Source: a virus (taxonomy: Duplodnaviria > Caudoviricetes). From it: DNA of 43,290 bases. The stretch covers positions 1-43,290 of the IMG/VR virus record IMGVR_UViG_3300049173_000072. The stretch is one strand, 5' to 3'. The notes beneath the pieces were generated by a model that had not been told where the DNA came from, did no database searches, and saw only the letters and a program-made list of their open reading frames with translations. A program made the translations under genes and the position numbers. Below, one piece after another: positions 17,192 through 26,824 of this stretch (within the stretch, counting starts at the first letter, position 1; the number at the start of each line of letters is the position of its first letter).

Positions 17192-17962
17192 GTGGCCGGC
17201 GACCCGCTGAAGGCAAATCTGTGGACGGACGCCGACGTATACGTGTCGTCCAACCTCTCCGCCACCCTGCCCGCCAACGCCGACACTCCTTTCGGCGGCG
17301 ACTGGGACCTCGTCGGCCTGCTCGACGGCGACGAGGGGTTCCCCGAGTCCCGCGACGAGGACACCGACGACAAGTTCGCCTGGGGCGGCATCCTCGTCCG
17401 CACCTCGCGGAACCACTTCAAGCTCACCAAGTCCTTCACCGCGCTGGAGGACAACGACACCACCTACAGCCTGCTGTGGCCGGGCTCCTCGGCCACCCAG
17501 ATCAAGGTGCCCCGGCCGGCGAAGGTGCTGGTCGCCTTCGAGACCCGCGAGGGCGACAAGGTGCGCCGCCTGATCTCCGCGAACTACGCGGAGATCTCCC
17601 TGGACGGCGACCACGGGGAGAACGAGACCGACCTGGAGAGCATGACCTTCCAGGCGACGATCTACCCCACCGGCGCGGGCGTGCTGTTCACCCGGCAGAC
17701 CACCCCCATCCTGTCCAGCCTGTCCGTGACCCCGTCGACGCTGACCGTCGCCGACGGCGAGATCGGCGCCCTGACGGCGACCGCGACCTATGACGACGCC
17801 AGCACGGCCGACGTCACCTCGCTGGCGTCGTGGGTGTCGTCCTCGCCTGCCGACGCCACCGTCTCCGCCGGCTTCGTCACCGGTGTCGACCCCGGCTCGG
17901 CGACCGTCACTGCCACATACCAGGGGCAGTCCGACACTTGCGCCGTCACCGTCACGGCGTGA
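17192..17962 (+). CDS. Major tail (tube) protein with C-terminal Ig-like (Big_2) domain
   Basis: RBS GAGGAGG; WDLVGLLDGDEG, AWGGILVRTS; C-terminal SWVSSSPADATVSAGFVTGVDPGSATVTATY. Confidence 0.9.
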   Translation: MAGDPLKANLWTDADVYVSSNLSATLPANADTPFGGDWDLVGLLDGDEGFPESRDEDTDDKFAWGGILVRTSRNHFKLTKSFTALEDNDTTYSLLWPGSSATQIKVPRPAKVLVAFETREGDKVRRLISANYAEISLDGDHGENETDLESMTFQATIYPTGAGVLFTRQTTPILSSLSVTPSTLTVADGEIGALTATATYDDASTADVTSLASWVSSSPADATVSAGFVTGVDPGSATVTATYQGQSDTCAVTVTA

Positions 17963-17968
17963 CAGACG

Positions 17969-18010
17969 CCGGGGCGCGGGCCCTTCGTCGCGGTTCGGAC
18001 CGCGCCCCGG
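17969..18010 (+). promoter_or_regulatory. Hairpin after the major tail gene whose loop is complementary to neighbouring translation-initiation regions
   Basis: 11-bp stem CCGGGGCGCGG/CCGCGCCCCGG; 17982-17998 is the exact reverse complement of 18391-18407. Confidence 0.7.
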
Positions 18011-18041
18011 TGCACCACCTCCGCTCGAAAGGAACCGCGAC

Positions 18042-18386
18042 ATGCAGATCACCCACACCGACGAGGAGATCCACGCCAAGGCGGTGCAGCTCGGTCTCAT
18101 CCAGGACGGCGACGAGCTGCCGCGCGCGATGCGCGGGAAAGTGCTGGCGGCTCTCCTGCGCGAGCAGCCGAAGGCCGCCCCCGCGGCGGAGCCCGCGCTG
18201 GCCGCAGAAATCGTCGTCCAGCCGGGCGGCCAGATCCTCGTCGACGGCGAGCCGTTCCCGTGGCTCGTCGCCAAGCAGCCGATGGAGATCGGCCTCGACC
18301 CCGACGGCATCAGCACGGTGCGCATGACCCTGCTGGCCAAGGCCGTCCAGATCATCAAGCCCGAACCGAAAGAGGAACCGCGATGA
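18042..18386 (+). CDS. Hypothetical protein between major tail and chaperone genes, 114 aa
   Basis: RBS AAAGGA before ATG 18042; ATGA overlap with next gene; GC3-rich codons. Confidence 0.75.
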   Translation: MQITHTDEEIHAKAVQLGLIQDGDELPRAMRGKVLAALLREQPKAAPAAEPALAAEIVVQPGGQILVDGEPFPWLVAKQPMEIGLDPDGISTVRMTLLAKAVQIIKPEPKEEPR

Positions 18387-18724
18387 CGAACCGAACCGCG
18401 ACGAAGGCACCGGACGACCAGCCCTTCGACTTCAACCTCGACACCGTCAAGGCCGAGGTCGACCTCACCCCGTGGCGTGTGCACTGGGGCAGCAGGCGCT
18501 GGGAGTTCCAGCACGCCGAGGAGCTCGACGTGTGGCAGCTCATGGAGGGCGCCGAGGGCGGTGACGTCGGAGCCACCGTCGGGGTCCTGCGCGCGGCGCT
18601 CGGGGCGGAGCAGTGGGCCGACTTCAAGAAGATCGGCATGCCGCAGTACAAGATGAAGGCACTGTTCGAGGCCTACAAGAAGTACTGCGGCCTGGGGGAA
18701 TCGGAAGCCTCGTCCGGCTCGTAA
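18383..18724 (+). CDS. Tail assembly chaperone (gpG-like), 113 aa
   Basis: Upstream of tape measure; ends ...LGESEASSGS with slippery GGGGGAA at 18694-18700. Confidence 0.85.
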   Translation: MTNRTATKAPDDQPFDFNLDTVKAEVDLTPWRVHWGSRRWEFQHAEELDVWQLMEGAEGGDVGATVGVLRAALGAEQWADFKKIGMPQYKMKALFEAYKKYCGLGESEASSGS

Positions 18725-19155
18725 GCGAGCATGGCGGGGCAGTCGAAGCAGACCTGCGCCAGTACTACGGCCTGCGCCTTCGGGACCTGTTCCTGCGCGA
18801 CGCTGCGGGGAACCGGATGCTGACCTGGCGGGAGCTCGGTGCGTACATTCGCCAGCTTCCGCCAGAGGCTCGCACCCGTGTCGCTATCGGCGACGAGGAC
18901 GGCATCTGGGGCCTGCAGGAGCACCTGACCGCCGTCGTCATCGACGAGCTGCGCGTCGGCAACTGGCAGCGCGCCAACGAGGGCGCAGCCAAGGGCAAAC
19001 AGTCTCCTCAACCCAAGCCGTTCCCGCGGCCCGGCGTGGGCGGAAAGAAGGCGCAGCCCGACAAGGGCGGTCCGAAGCGGCAGGAAGCCCGGCAGCGCGC
19101 GCTGCACCGGGCAGCAGAACGCAGGCGTGCCCTTGCGGCAGGCGAGATCACGTAG
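18383..19155 (+). CDS. Tail assembly chaperone, -1 frameshift product (gpGT-like)
   Basis: G GGG GAA at 18694-18700; the -1 frame stays open to 19155 (AVEADLRQYYGLRLRDL...). Confidence 0.8.
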
Positions 19156-19173
19156 ACCGGCAGGGGGTGAACC

Positions 19174-22100
19174 GTGCCCTCTGTCGGCTATGCAACTCTG
19201 CAGGTCATTCCGTCGGTGCGCGGTATCTCGGACGAGATCAGGCGCCAGCTGATCGGACCGGCCGGCGACGCGGGCAGTCAGGCGGGCCAGGCCGCCGGCG
19301 GCAACTTGGCGGAGAAGCTCAAGGTGGGGGCTGCCGCGGCAGGCCTTGCGGCCGGGGCCCTGCTGGTCAAGGGCCTCGTCGACGCCATGGACCAGTCGAA
19401 CGTGACCTCCAAGCTGCAGGCGCAGCTCGGCTCGTCCAACAAGGTCGCCGCCCAGCAGGGCAAGCTCGCCGGCAAGCTCTACAGCTCCGGCGTCACCGAC
19501 TCGTTCCAGGGCGCCGCGGACGCGATCAAGAGCGTCATGCAGTCCGGGCTGGCCCCTCCAGGCACCACGACGAAGCAGCTCGAGGCGATCGCCACCAAGG
19601 CCAGCGACGTGGCCACCGTGTTCGATCAGGATCTGGGCGGCGTCACGAACGCGGTGTCGCAGATGATGCGCACCGGCCTCGCGAAGAACTCCACAGAAGC
19701 CTTCGACCTGATCACCAAGGGATTCCAGAAGGGCGCCGACAAGGGCGGCGACCTGCTCGACACGCTCAACGAGTACGGCACCAGCTTCCGCACGCTGGGC
19801 CTGGACGGCAAGGACGCGCTGGGCCTGTTGTCCCAGGGGCTCAAGGGTGGAGCCCGGGACGCGGATCAGGTCGCCGACGCACTGAAGGAGTTCTCGCTGG
19901 TCGCAGGCCAGGGCGGCGAAGCCACCGAAAAGGTGTTCAAGTCGATCGGCCTGAACGGCAAGCAGATCACCAAGGACGTTGCGGCCGGCGGCGAGAGTGC
20001 CAGGACCGCACTGGCTCAAGTGCTGACCAAAATGCGGGAATTGCCGAACTCGACCGCCAAGGCCAGCGCGGTCAAGAGCCTGTTCGGCGGCCCCGGTGAA
20101 GACCTCGGCGCAGCCTTGTTCACGCTCAACCTGAACAAGGCGTCCTCCACGCTCGGATCCTTCGGCGGCGCCGCCGACAAGGCCGGCAAGACCATCCGCT
20201 CCGGCCCCTCGCACGAGATCACCGTTTTCACCCGCACTCTCAAGCAGGGCTTCATCGACTTCATCGGCGGCCAGGTGCTGCCGGTCGTCTCCAAGCTCGC
20301 ACACGGCTTCAACACCGAGCTGCTGCCGCCGATCCGCGCTGTCGGATCTGTGGTTGCGGCGATCCTTCTGCCTGCCCTGAAGGGCCTGTTCATCGCCGGG
20401 ATGGCGACCGTCGGGTGGCTGCGCGAGTGGGGCGTCTGGCTGGCCCCCATCGCCGTCCTGGTGGGCGGGATCGCCCTGGCCCTGAACGCCCAGGCGATCG
20501 CCACGGGACTGGTGACCGCCGTGTTCTCGGTCTACCGAGCGGCAATGATCGTGGGGACGGCGGTCACCTCCGGCTTCGCGGCAGCTCAGACCCTCCTCAA
20601 CGCCGTGATGGCGTTGAACCCGTTCGTTCTGGTGGCCATCGCGCTGGTTGCCCTCGGTGTGGCCCTGGTCGTCGCCTATCAGAAGTCGGAGACGTTCCGG
20701 GCGATCGTGCAGGCAGCCTTCGGGGCGGTGAAGACGGCCGTGGTCGCCGTCGTCGACTGGTTCAAGGGCCCCTTCCTGCACTTCTTCACCGAGACGATCC
20801 CGTCGATCTTCCGGACCGTGCTGGACTGGGTGAAGGTCAACTGGCCGTGGATCCTCGGCGCGCTGACTGGGCCGATCGGCCTGGCCGTCGTGTGGATCAT
20901 CAAGAACTGGGGGAAGATCCGCACCGGGCTGGCCGCCGGATGGTCGGCGATCAAGTCCACCGTGCTCTACCCCATCCGGGACTTCTTCACCAAGACGATC
21001 CCGGGCTGGGGCAACACCCTGCGCGACAAACTGGTCGGCAGCTTCGACTCCGCCCGCGCGGGCATCAAGAAGGCCTGGGACAAGGTCAAGAGCATCGCCC
21101 GAGGGCCCGTCGCGTTCATCGTGAACACGGTGTACTCAAAAGGGATCGTCCCCACCTGGAACGCCGTGGCGAAGGCGTTCGGGGCTCCGACTCTGGACAC
21201 GATGAAGTTCGCCAGCGGCGGCGTCCTGCCCGGGTACACGCCGGGCCGCGACGTCCACCTGGCCGCCCTGTCCGGCGGCGAGGCGGTCATGCGGCCGGAG
21301 TGGACGCGCGCTGTCGGCCCCGGCTACGTCCACACCATGAACGCCGCCGCCCGCAGCGGCGGTGTCGGCGCGATCCGGCGCATGGTCAGCGGAGGCATGC
21401 CCGCCTTCGCCGACGGCGGCATCTTCGACTGGGTCGGCAAGACCGCGTCGAAGGGTGTCGACCTGGCGAAGTCCGGAGTGTCGTGGCTCAAGGACGGCAT
21501 GAAGGCGTCCGCCGTGGCGGGCATGAGCAAGGTCGTCAAGCCGCTGATCGACGCTATCTCCGGGTCGGCGTCGCTGTACCGGGACATGGTCACCGGCATC
21601 CCGAAGAAGATGATCAACAGCATCGTCAGCTTCTCCGGGCAGGCCGACAAGAAGCTCGGCCGCCTCGGTCTCATCGGTGGCCGCGGCTACAAGGGCGGCC
21701 TGGCCTGGGCGCGCACCCAGGCCGGGAAGCGGTACCAGTGGGGCGGCAACGGCAACCCCAGCTGGGACTGCAGTGGCTTCCTCTCGGCGATCGAGTCCGT
21801 CATCCGCGGCCAAAAGCCGCACCGAAGGTGGGCCACGGGGGCGTTCTCCGGTTCGTCCGCTCCGCCCGGATGGGTGCTGGGCAAGAAGTCGCCGTACATG
21901 ATCGGCATCACGAACCGCGGTGTCGGCCACACCGCGGGCACCCTGAACGGCGTCAACGTGGAGAGCCGGGGCGGGGACGGCGTCGTTGTCGGCGGCCGAG
22001 CCCGCTCCTACCGCAGCTCGCTGTTCACGCACCGGTACGGGTTCGCGGCCAAGGGCTACGCCGATGGCGGCAAGCCCGCCCGCGGCGAGCTGGCGTGGGT

Positions 22101-23199
22101 CGGCGAGCGTGGCCCGGAGCTGATTAGGTTCACCGGCGGCGAGGAGGTCTACAACCACGCCGACTCGATGCGGATGGCGGCCGGCCTGTCCGCCCGCGGG
22201 TTCGCCAAGGGCACCACGAGCGCCCGCAGGCAGGTACCTGGCGACCTGTCGGCGTTCACCAAGTCCCTTACCGGCTCGGCCTCCGGCATCTCCAAGGCCG
22301 CCAAGGAGCTGGCGAAGGACCTGAAGAGCGCTGGCGGCGCGGGGAAGCGCCTGTCGGCCGATGCTCTGAAGGCGTCCGCGAAGCTGCAGGACATGGCCAC
22401 CCGGCGGGACACCGTGGGCCAGCGGCTGGCCGACGCCAAGCAGGCGACGACCGACCAGAAGAAGGCCGCAGACGACTTCTTCGGACTGTCCAATCTCACC
22501 TCCGCGACCAGCATCAACGACCTCATCTCGCAGATGCGGGAGCGCCAGAGCACCGTCAAGGCGTTCCAGAACACCATCAAGAGCCTGTCGAAGAAGGGGC
22601 TGTCGCAGGATCTGATCCAGCAGCTCGTCGCGCAGGGGCCGGAAAGCACGCTGGCCGGACTGGTCAACGGGGCCACCAAGTCGCAGCTGTCGCAGCTCAA
22701 CTCGCTGGCGAAGACCGGGGAGACCCTGTCGACGTCGTATAGCCGCACGATGGCTGATGCGATGTACGACGCCGGCAAGAACGCCAGCCGCGGGTTCCTG
22801 ACCGGCCTGCAGTCGCAGGACAAGGAACTGCAGGCAGCGATGAACAAGCTGGGCTCCGGCCTGGTGAAGTCCATCAAGAAGGCCCTGAAGATCAAGTCCC
22901 CGTCGCGGGTGACGATGCCGCTCGGCGCCTACACCGGGCAGGGATTCGCCATCGGCCTGGACTCCACCGCCTCGCAAGTGGCAGCCGCGGCCGCGCGGGT
23001 GTCCGAGGCCGCCGTGCCGTCCGTGCCCCCGGCGCCGGCTAACGCCTCGGCCGCACAAGGCTTCGGCGGCCGGACACCAGTCCTCCTGGTCCTCGAGGAC
23101 GGGGCCCAGTTCCCGGCCTACATCGACGGCCGCGCGGACGACCGCGTCGACAAGAAGTTCGCGACGGTCCGGCAGACCGCCAAGGCCGGCCGCAAGTAG
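19174..23199 (+). CDS. Tape measure protein with internal NlpC/P60-like peptidase domain, 1341 aa
   Basis: VGYATLQVIPS N-terminus, Ala/Gly-rich helical repeats, DTLNEY, FASGG/FADGG motifs, GKRYQWGG...WDCSG...GHTAG, LKIKSPSRV. Confidence 0.95.
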   Translation: MPSVGYATLQVIPSVRGISDEIRRQLIGPAGDAGSQAGQAAGGNLAEKLKVGAAAAGLAAGALLVKGLVDAMDQSNVTSKLQAQLGSSNKVAAQQGKLAGKLYSSGVTDSFQGAADAIKSVMQSGLAPPGTTTKQLEAIATKASDVATVFDQDLGGVTNAVSQMMRTGLAKNSTEAFDLITKGFQKGADKGGDLLDTLNEYGTSFRTLGLDGKDALGLLSQGLKGGARDADQVADALKEFSLVAGQGGEATEKVFKSIGLNGKQITKDVAAGGESARTALAQVLTKMRELPNSTAKASAVKSLFGGPGEDLGAALFTLNLNKASSTLGSFGGAADKAGKTIRSGPSHEITVFTRTLKQGFIDFIGGQVLPVVSKLAHGFNTELLPPIRAVGSVVAAILLPALKGLFIAGMATVGWLREWGVWLAPIAVLVGGIALALNAQAIATGLVTAVFSVYRAAMIVGTAVTSGFAAAQTLLNAVMALNPFVLVAIALVALGVALVVAYQKSETFRAIVQAAFGAVKTAVVAVVDWFKGPFLHFFTETIPSIFRTVLDWVKVNWPWILGALTGPIGLAVVWIIKNWGKIRTGLAAGWSAIKSTVLYPIRDFFTKTIPGWGNTLRDKLVGSFDSARAGIKKAWDKVKSIARGPVAFIVNTVYSKGIVPTWNAVAKAFGAPTLDTMKFASGGVLPGYTPGRDVHLAALSGGEAVMRPEWTRAVGPGYVHTMNAAARSGGVGAIRRMVSGGMPAFADGGIFDWVGKTASKGVDLAKSGVSWLKDGMKASAVAGMSKVVKPLIDAISGSASLYRDMVTGIPKKMINSIVSFSGQADKKLGRLGLIGGRGYKGGLAWARTQAGKRYQWGGNGNPSWDCSGFLSAIESVIRGQKPHRRWATGAFSGSSAPPGWVLGKKSPYMIGITNRGVGHTAGTLNGVNVESRGGDGVVVGGRARSYRSSLFTHRYGFAAKGYADGGKPARGELAWVGERGPELIRFTGGEEVYNHADSMRMAAGLSARGFAKGTTSARRQVPGDLSAFTKSLTGSASGISKAAKELAKDLKSAGGAGKRLSADALKASAKLQDMATRRDTVGQRLADAKQATTDQKKAADDFFGLSNLTSATSINDLISQMRERQSTVKAFQNTIKSLSKKGLSQDLIQQLVAQGPESTLAGLVNGATKSQLSQLNSLAKTGETLSTSYSRTMADAMYDAGKNASRGFLTGLQSQDKELQAAMNKLGSGLVKSIKKALKIKSPSRVTMPLGAYTGQGFAIGLDSTASQVAAAAARVSEAAVPSVPPAPANASAAQGFGGRTPVLLVLEDGAQFPAYIDGRADDRVDKKFATVRQTAKAGRK

Positions 23200-23211
23200 A
23201 GGGGAGTCCGT

Positions 23212-24090
23212 ATGCCGATGATCGTGGACCTGTCTGCGCCGGAGGTGACCCCTCCGGCGCAGGTCGTCTCTCCCGACGGATGGCTGACCGCGGTCGTCGA
23301 TGAGACGTGGGCGGGCGTCGCGCTCTCGGTGGACTACACCGCGGGCACCCCGCTCGCCGACGCCGCCGATGTCCGCAAGGTGCGCATCATGCGGCAGGAC
23401 CCGGGCGCACCCGTGGCCGTGCCTGTGCGCGGCGCTGACACTGCTTGGGCGGTCGAGGGTGTGGGCCCGGCGTATGACCACGAGGCACCGCTTGGCGTGG
23501 GCGTCACGTACAGCGCGCAGCCGCAGTACGCCGACGGCACCTGGGGGCCGGTGTCCTCCCTTGGCGTAGAGCTGCCTGCGCCGGACGCCCCGGCCGATGT
23601 GTGGATCAAGTCCCTGGATGAGCCCGGCGCGTCGGTACGGGTCACCGTCTCCTCGTGGCCGCAGCTGTCGTGGGAATCCCGTATCGAGCAGGCCAACGTA
23701 TCTGGCAGCCCATTCCCTGTAGCCGCTCAGGACGTCTACACCGCAGCCGGGTCAGAGATCGTTCTCGACGCCGAGGACTCGGCCATCGAAGCGGTGCGGG
23801 ACCTGCTCACCACCCCGGGCGTGTACCTGCTGCAGACCTGCCCGGAGTACCGCCGCCCCGACGCGTTCGTCCTGTTCGGCAGTCCCGCTGAGGCCCTGGA
23901 CGTGGGCCCGACCGGCTCGAGAACCTTCACAGCTTCCGTGCTACAGGTCGCCCGGCCGTCGACTCTGGGGCAGCGGATGCGGATGCCCGGCTGGTCCTAC
24001 GACGCGCTCGCCGCGCAGTACGCCACCTACGACGCGGTGGCCGTGAGCTACCCCAGCTACCAGTCCCTCGCCCTGCACGGGATCGTGTGA
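23212..24090 (+). CDS. Minor tail protein at the distal-tail position
   Basis: First gene after tape measure; AYDHEAPLGVGVTY, WIKSLDEPG. Confidence 0.75.
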   Translation: MPMIVDLSAPEVTPPAQVVSPDGWLTAVVDETWAGVALSVDYTAGTPLADAADVRKVRIMRQDPGAPVAVPVRGADTAWAVEGVGPAYDHEAPLGVGVTYSAQPQYADGTWGPVSSLGVELPAPDAPADVWIKSLDEPGASVRVTVSSWPQLSWESRIEQANVSGSPFPVAAQDVYTAAGSEIVLDAEDSAIEAVRDLLTTPGVYLLQTCPEYRRPDAFVLFGSPAEALDVGPTGSRTFTASVLQVARPSTLGQRMRMPGWSYDALAAQYATYDAVAVSYPSYQSLALHGIV

Positions 24091-25247
24091 TGCTGCCGAT
24101 CAATGACGCGGTCCTGGCCGCGCTCGGCGGCGCGGTGCGGCGGCCGGTGCGCGCCGAGTGGTCCAACGACGGCGGCCGCACCTGGACCCAGTGCAACGTG
24201 CAGTCTGGCTCCGCGCAGATCACGGCCAGTCGCACAGCCGAGACCCGCTACACCGGCTCCGCCACCCTCACCGGCGTCACCGCTGGCGCATCCGGGATCA
24301 ACCCGATCAGCACGAATGTGCGCCTATGGCAGGGCATCCAGCTCCCTAGGTCGGAGCCAGTGTGGTTCGGGGCCGGCCGTTACACCGTGGGCCGCCCGCG
24401 CCGGACCAAGACTGGCCTCGACGTGGAACTGTCCGGCATCGAGGACGAGATCCGCGAGGCAGGTCTGCCGACCGCCCGCACCATCGGGCCCGGCCGCGCC
24501 CGGCCCATCGTGGAGACGCTCGTGGGCGAGGCTCTGCCCGGCGTGCCAGTGTCGTGGCGCCCGGGCGTGGCCGCGGACACCCTCGTCCCTCAGGTCCTGG
24601 CGGAGGAGAGCCGCTGGTCGGTGCTGTCCTCCGGGAAGGACTCCTCCGGCACGTCGACCGGCATCGTCGAGTCCCTCGCGGCGGAAATCTATGCCGACGC
24701 GCGCGGCATCATCACCATCGCCCCGGTGCCGACGCTGTCCGACCCGGCGGTGTGGCGCATCGGCCGCGGCGTTGGCGGCGTCCTCATCGAGCCGACGGCC
24801 GAGCAGACCAGCGAGGGCCTCGCCAACGTCTGGTCGGTGACCGGGGACGCGGGCTCCGGAGGTGCCGTGATCGGGCCGGCCTACGCGTTCGACGACGACC
24901 CCAACAGCCTGACGTATGCGGGCCCGGACCCGATCGGGGACCCGCTCGCCCCGCAGCGCATGGGCTTGTGGCACGTCAGGCTGCGCGTGCAACGGCACTC
25001 GAGCGCGGTCATCACCAGCCTGGTGCAGGCCTCCGAGCTCGCCCGCGCCAAGCTCGCCGACTCACTCGGCGTGCAGTACTCCCTGTCGCTCACCGCTGCA
25101 TGCAACCCCGCCCTCGAGCCGGGCGACGTCATCGAGGCAGAGGCCGAGCCGGACGTCTGGGAGAAGCACCTCGTCGACTCCCTCTCCTACACGCTCGGCT
25201 CACCCTCCATGTCGCTCACCACCCGCACCACGGCGAGGAGGCTGTAG
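24087..25247 (+). CDS. Minor tail or baseplate hub protein (DUF5047-like)
   Basis: EIYADARG, NPALEPGDVI motifs; synteny. Confidence 0.8.
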   Translation: MMLPINDAVLAALGGAVRRPVRAEWSNDGGRTWTQCNVQSGSAQITASRTAETRYTGSATLTGVTAGASGINPISTNVRLWQGIQLPRSEPVWFGAGRYTVGRPRRTKTGLDVELSGIEDEIREAGLPTARTIGPGRARPIVETLVGEALPGVPVSWRPGVAADTLVPQVLAEESRWSVLSSGKDSSGTSTGIVESLAAEIYADARGIITIAPVPTLSDPAVWRIGRGVGGVLIEPTAEQTSEGLANVWSVTGDAGSGGAVIGPAYAFDDDPNSLTYAGPDPIGDPLAPQRMGLWHVRLRVQRHSSAVITSLVQASELARAKLADSLGVQYSLSLTAACNPALEPGDVIEAEAEPDVWEKHLVDSLSYTLGSPSMSLTTRTTARRL

Positions 25248-26173
25248 TGGACGAGGCCGAGCTCCTCGGCGCCGAGCTCGCCGCCCGGGCCCCGACGGGT
25301 GCACTCAAGCAGGTCACGGCGAAGGTCATCGACGTCACCGACGACGGCAAGGTCAACCTGGACCTGCTCGGCACGCTGGTGCCCGACGTGCCGTGCACGG
25401 ACTCCTACCGCAACCGGGCGGCCGGCGACTGGGTGGCCGTGCAGCTCGGCGCCCGGCCCATCGTGCTATGGCGTGTAGGCGACGACCCCGCAGAGAGCGA
25501 CGCCGAGTCCATCAAGGAGCTCGCCGCCGAAGCCGCCCAGGACATGATCGCCGTGAGCGCGTACACGTGGGGCACCGGCACCCCGGGTGCGGGCTGGCAG
25601 ACCGTCACCACCCTGTGGACCCGCAAGGACTCCAACGGCGTCGGCCAGCTGTACGCGCAGATCGGCAGCGCCGACCCGTCCCCGTCCGCGCCCCCGACGC
25701 GCGCGCCGAAGACCGTCACGATCAGTCCGACGGACTCCGGCTCCTGGCGCTCCGGCCGCCCGGACGAATACGCCTCGAGCCCCACACAGGGCGACTGGAC
25801 GGGGCGCGGCAACCGCAGGGGCGGCTGGTTCTACGGGACGTCGATCGCGTCGGCCTGCAGCGGCAAGACTGTCTCCAAGATGCAGGTCAAGTTCACGCGC
25901 AAGCGTGGCTCCGGCCGCAACAGCAAGGTGCCCATGCACCTGTACCTGCACAACCACACCTCAGCGCCGTCCGGCCAGCTCAACCTCGGCGACGGCCCCG
26001 AGGAACTGCTGCGGCTGTCCGTCGGCGCCAAGGGCACCGCGACACTCCCCTCGTCCTGGCGGAACAAGCTGGCCGCCGGCACCGCCCGGGGCCTCGCCAT
26101 CTACGACACCGGCAGCAGCGACTACGGCGCCTTCACCGGCGGCCAGATCGTCATCACCTTCTCCGCCAGCTAG
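25247..26173 (+). CDS. Minor tail protein, 308 aa
   Basis: GTG 25247 overlapping TAG with RBS GAGGAGG; N-terminal OB-like AKVIDV...SY...GDWVAV; QGDW...GGWFYG. Confidence 0.78.
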   Translation: MDEAELLGAELAARAPTGALKQVTAKVIDVTDDGKVNLDLLGTLVPDVPCTDSYRNRAAGDWVAVQLGARPIVLWRVGDDPAESDAESIKELAAEAAQDMIAVSAYTWGTGTPGAGWQTVTTLWTRKDSNGVGQLYAQIGSADPSPSAPPTRAPKTVTISPTDSGSWRSGRPDEYASSPTQGDWTGRGNRRGGWFYGTSIASACSGKTVSKMQVKFTRKRGSGRNSKVPMHLYLHNHTSAPSGQLNLGDGPEELLRLSVGAKGTATLPSSWRNKLAAGTARGLAIYDTGSSDYGAFTGGQIVITFSAS

Positions 26174-26183
26174 GAGCCTCACC

Positions 26184-26807
26184 TTGGCCACCATCGGATA
26201 CGCCGAACTGCCGGTGCCCGCAGGGGGCGACGGCCCCACCGTTCCCGCGGACATCGCCGAGCTCGCCGCAGCCCTGGACCCGCACCTGGTGCAGCACGCC
26301 ACCAACGAGGCCGACCGCGACTCCCGGTTCAGCGCCGCGCCCGTGCAGACGCTGGTCATCGCCACGGACGGCACCACCTGGATGAAGACGTCGTCGATCA
26401 GCAACACCTGGGTGACGCTGTTCGAGCCGCTGCAGGACTGGCAGCCCACGATCACCCTCAAGTCCGGGTTCGAGGAAGGCAGCGTCGAGCTCGGCACCCG
26501 TGTCAAGGACGGCACGCACGTCTACCTCAAGGGCCGCATCCAGCGCACCGACGCCACCAACATCCTCGACGCCAACGCCGTGAACCTCGGCGCCGTACCC
26601 AGCGAGCTGATCCCGCCGACCGAGCTGCGCACCTACCCCGGTACCTGCTCCATGGCGGGCAGCACCACCGACGCCGCGGGCCGCATCGAGATCCTCAACA
26701 CCGGCACCGCCTCCGCGTATGGCGTGGCCGGCGACATCCTCTGGTGGTACCAGGGCGACACTGGCACCGCCTGGGTGGACATCAGCGGCGACTACTGGAT
26801 CGACTGA
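26184..26807 (+). CDS. Minor tail protein, 207 aa
   Basis: TTG 26184 after AGGAG; ELPVPAGGDGPTVPADIAELA...ADRD; HVYLKGRI. Confidence 0.75.
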   Translation: MATIGYAELPVPAGGDGPTVPADIAELAAALDPHLVQHATNEADRDSRFSAAPVQTLVIATDGTTWMKTSSISNTWVTLFEPLQDWQPTITLKSGFEEGSVELGTRVKDGTHVYLKGRIQRTDATNILDANAVNLGAVPSELIPPTELRTYPGTCSMAGSTTDAAGRIEILNTGTASAYGVAGDILWWYQGDTGTAWVDISGDYWID

Positions 26808-26824
26808 GAGGAGGGGAACCGTTC

